35,190 bases of DNA, taken from the IMG/VR virus record IMGVR_UViG_3300034102_002786, positions 82,413 through 117,602 of that record; one strand, 5' to 3'. The stretch is from a virus (Duplodnaviria; Heunggongvirae; Uroviricota; Caudoviricetes). Every line of letters begins with the position of its first letter. The first letter of the stretch is position 1. The position numbers were made by a program, and so were the translations under genes. Below, piece after piece: positions 33,423 to 35,190 of this stretch. Under the pieces are notes generated by a model that worked only from the letters and a program-made list of their open reading frames with translations, searched no databases and was not told the origin of the DNA.

Positions 33423-33901
33423 TGAGTATAATGCGAACAAAGGGAAACGGAAAGATAGTGATTACATCCACTCCAAAAGGTGGTGGCTGGGCTTCTGCTA
33501 TGGGCTGGGCGGCTAAGTATTATCAACAAAATCAAACCCAAAAAAATCCTAACTTCGACACGAATAGGAAGTTGGTGATACAAAACTATGCAAAGGATTT
33601 GGGTAGTGGTGTATTTTGGGGATGGGATGTTATCGCTGCTGATGAAACCGATGAAAATTATTTATTCCAATTAAGAAACCGAGAGAATGGTTCATTGAGG
33701 GTTTACATCACATTGGGTAGAGAATTACAAGTTTCCGATTTAGAGAACAACCTATATCAGATGTATCAATGTTATATACATGATGATTTAGCACAATGGG
33801 ATAAGAGGTTTTGGTTGGATGCTAAGGATATTAATCATAAAACCTTTTGGGGAATGATAGAAAAAATTGTGGATGGTTATCATCCATTATTACCATTTTA
33901 A
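33422..33901 (+). CDS. MLTIEN-family paralog 12 with ~48-aa N-terminal extension
   Basis: LVIQNYAKDLG; GWDV; ETDENYLF; ITLGR; YQM. Confidence 0.75.
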   Translation: MSIMRTKGNGKIVITSTPKGGGWASAMGWAAKYYQQNQTQKNPNFDTNRKLVIQNYAKDLGSGVFWGWDVIAADETDENYLFQLRNRENGSLRVYITLGRELQVSDLENNLYQMYQCYIHDDLAQWDKRFWLDAKDINHKTFWGMIEKIVDGYHPLLPF

Positions 33902-33903
33902 TT

Positions 33904-34215
33904 ATGCTAACAATAGAGAATTTTAAAAAAATAAAAAACCAATGGTTCGGTGATTGGCAGATTGGTAAAGGTATTATGGAAGAAAAAACCTATTATGCTT
34001 TACAATCACAACACTCAAGTGGAAAACGTAGTGTAACGATAGTTATACTAAGAGAGCCTAAGATGGATGAGAATTTCGAAAAGTATTATTCAATATCTCT
34101 GATAGATGATAATAAAGGTAGTTCATCTATAATAGAAGATATTATATACCATACTGTATTAGAAGATATGGAATTATTTGGAGAATCATTAGTACATTAT
34201 TTAAATACAATATAG
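33904..34215 (+). CDS. MLTIEN-family paralog 13
   Basis: MLTIENFKKIKNQWFGDWQIG; IVILR; YSI. Confidence 0.85.
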   Translation: MLTIENFKKIKNQWFGDWQIGKGIMEEKTYYALQSQHSSGKRSVTIVILREPKMDENFEKYYSISLIDDNKGSSSIIEDIIYHTVLEDMELFGESLVHYLNTI

Positions 34216-34218
34216 ATT

Positions 34219-34653
34219 ATGAAAAAAGAAAAAGCAATTATAGTTAGCGGATACTTTAATCCCCTACACAAAGGTCACTTAGATTTATTTAAAAAAGGTA
34301 AACAAATGGGTGATAAACTTTGGGTAATTGTTAATTCAGATTTCCAAAGAGAATTAAAAGGTTCATTGGAATTTATGTCTGATTCTGAAAGATTAGAAAT
34401 AGTTAAGGCTATTAGATATGTTGATTATGCATTAATATCATCCGATAGGGATAGAACTCAATGCTATACCTTACAACAGTTTCACAAAATGTTTGGAGAT
34501 AGATACGATTTAGTATTTGCAAATGGTGGTGACCAGAACAATGAAACAATACCAGAAAGAGAAGTTTGTGAGAGATTGGGTATTCAATTAATCGATGGAT
34601 TGGGTGATAAGATACAAAGTAGTAGTTGGTTACTAAAATCAAACATTATTTAA
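34219..34653 (+). CDS. HIGH-motif cytidylyl/adenylyltransferase (TagD/RfaE-II-like)
   Basis: VSGYFNPLHKGH, WVIVNSD, FANGGDQ, IQSSS. Confidence 0.9.
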   Translation: MKKEKAIIVSGYFNPLHKGHLDLFKKGKQMGDKLWVIVNSDFQRELKGSLEFMSDSERLEIVKAIRYVDYALISSDRDRTQCYTLQQFHKMFGDRYDLVFANGGDQNNETIPEREVCERLGIQLIDGLGDKIQSSSWLLKSNII

Positions 34654-34695
34654 ACACAATATAAAACAAAAATACATATATTTATAAAAAAGATT

Positions 34696-35034
34696 ATGGA
34701 AAATACATTTTTAATACAAAAGACACAACGTTATTTAGAGTTGTTTGCATCAAAAAACATCAAAGGATTAGAGGATGAAATATATAATGATTCAATTACT
34801 TTGAGAGATTGGAACGGTCAATGGGTTGGTAAACAAGCAGTTCTTCAAATGAATGAGGATTTGTTCAATAATGATTTTACAATTCAAATTGAAGATATTA
34901 AAGAATCTGAAGCAACCAGAACTACAATAGCCCTATTCAATTTAACAATAGCAGATACCACATATAAAGTTGTGGATATTATCGAATGGGATGCTATGAG
35001 TAAGATTTATAGAATCTTAGCATATAACGGATAA
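34696..35034 (+). CDS. NTF2/SnoaL-like protein
   Basis: YLELFASKNIKGL...ITLRDW...GKQAV...VVDIIEW pattern. Confidence 0.75.
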   Translation: MENTFLIQKTQRYLELFASKNIKGLEDEIYNDSITLRDWNGQWVGKQAVLQMNEDLFNNDFTIQIEDIKESEATRTTIALFNLTIADTTYKVVDIIEWDAMSKIYRILAYNG

Positions 35035-35068
35035 AAAGAAAGGGAGTGTTTAACTCCCTTTTTCTTTT
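35035..35068. terminator. bidirectional intrinsic terminator
   Basis: AGGGAGT / ACTCCCT stem flanked by A-run and T-run between convergent genes. Confidence 0.85.
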
Positions 35069-35095
35069 GAATACCTTGTGATTTATTATAACTTA

Positions 35096-35190
35096 TTAGA
35101 ATTTATTTCCGCAGTGTGGGCAGAACTTAAAAGATGATTTCTTTCTCTTAGCTCCACAATTTCCACAATAGTTAGTACCTACTTCTTCTG
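35096..35190 (-). CDS. 3' end of double zinc-ribbon protein (5'-truncated)
   Basis: Manual translation EEVGTNYCGNCGAKRKKSSFKFCPHCGNKF*. Confidence 0.8.
   Translation of the reverse strand, partial: EEVGTNYCGNCGAKRKKSSFKFCPHCGNKF

Noticed and set aside
20975-34215. Diversity-generating retroelement behind MLTIEN variation
   Set aside because: No reverse transcriptase and no template/variable repeat pair; divergence spans whole genes and all bases
926-34642. Minus-strand ORFs of the track (e.g. 12324..12764, 18043..18357, 27657..27890, 32709..33032)
   Set aside because: Antisense shadows of well-supported + strand genes, without motifs or promoters
1-35190. Stop-codon reassignment as in some large phages
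   Set aside because: Conserved enzymes are intact in code 11, and TAG/TGA end genes next to the following start (e.g. 4890, 11303, 20973, 19798)

Overview
AT-rich, gene-dense fragment that looks like the early/accessory region of a large (probably jumbo) tailed phage infecting Bacteroidota. About 95 mostly short ORFs lie on the + strand; a single - strand zinc-ribbon gene enters at the right edge. Host inference: at least 12 Bacteroidota-type primary-sigma promoters (TTTG/TTG, 19-20 bp, TAnnTTTG/A) and A-rich start regions without Shine-Dalgarno sites. Recognisable products: ATP-dependent DNA ligase, GroES, cyclophilin, PduO-type cobalamin adenosyltransferase, metallophosphoesterase, receiver-like protein, GT2 glycosyltransferase, FkbM methyltransferase, NlpC/P60 hydrolase, HIGH-type nucleotidyltransferase, NTF2-like, SWIM and four HExxH proteins. 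No capsid, terminase, integrase, RT, tRNA or CRISPR array was seen. Unexplained structure: (1) 11 copies of the motif GCTAAC-N3-TTGATWATCAAT in five intergenic clusters, each 45-60 bp upstream of a promoter; two clusters are homologous ~200-bp cassettes and one brackets a near-canonical Xer dif-like site. (2) A 13-member family of ~100-aa paralogs starting MLTIEN in two tandem arrays. (3) A small AP2/arm-type-like DNA-binding candidate that may read the motif. (4) A tiny lipoprotein packed with Bacteroidota O-glycosylation sequons. (5) An AACCCCT motif before many start codons. All functional calls come from visual motif recognition; no database search was run.
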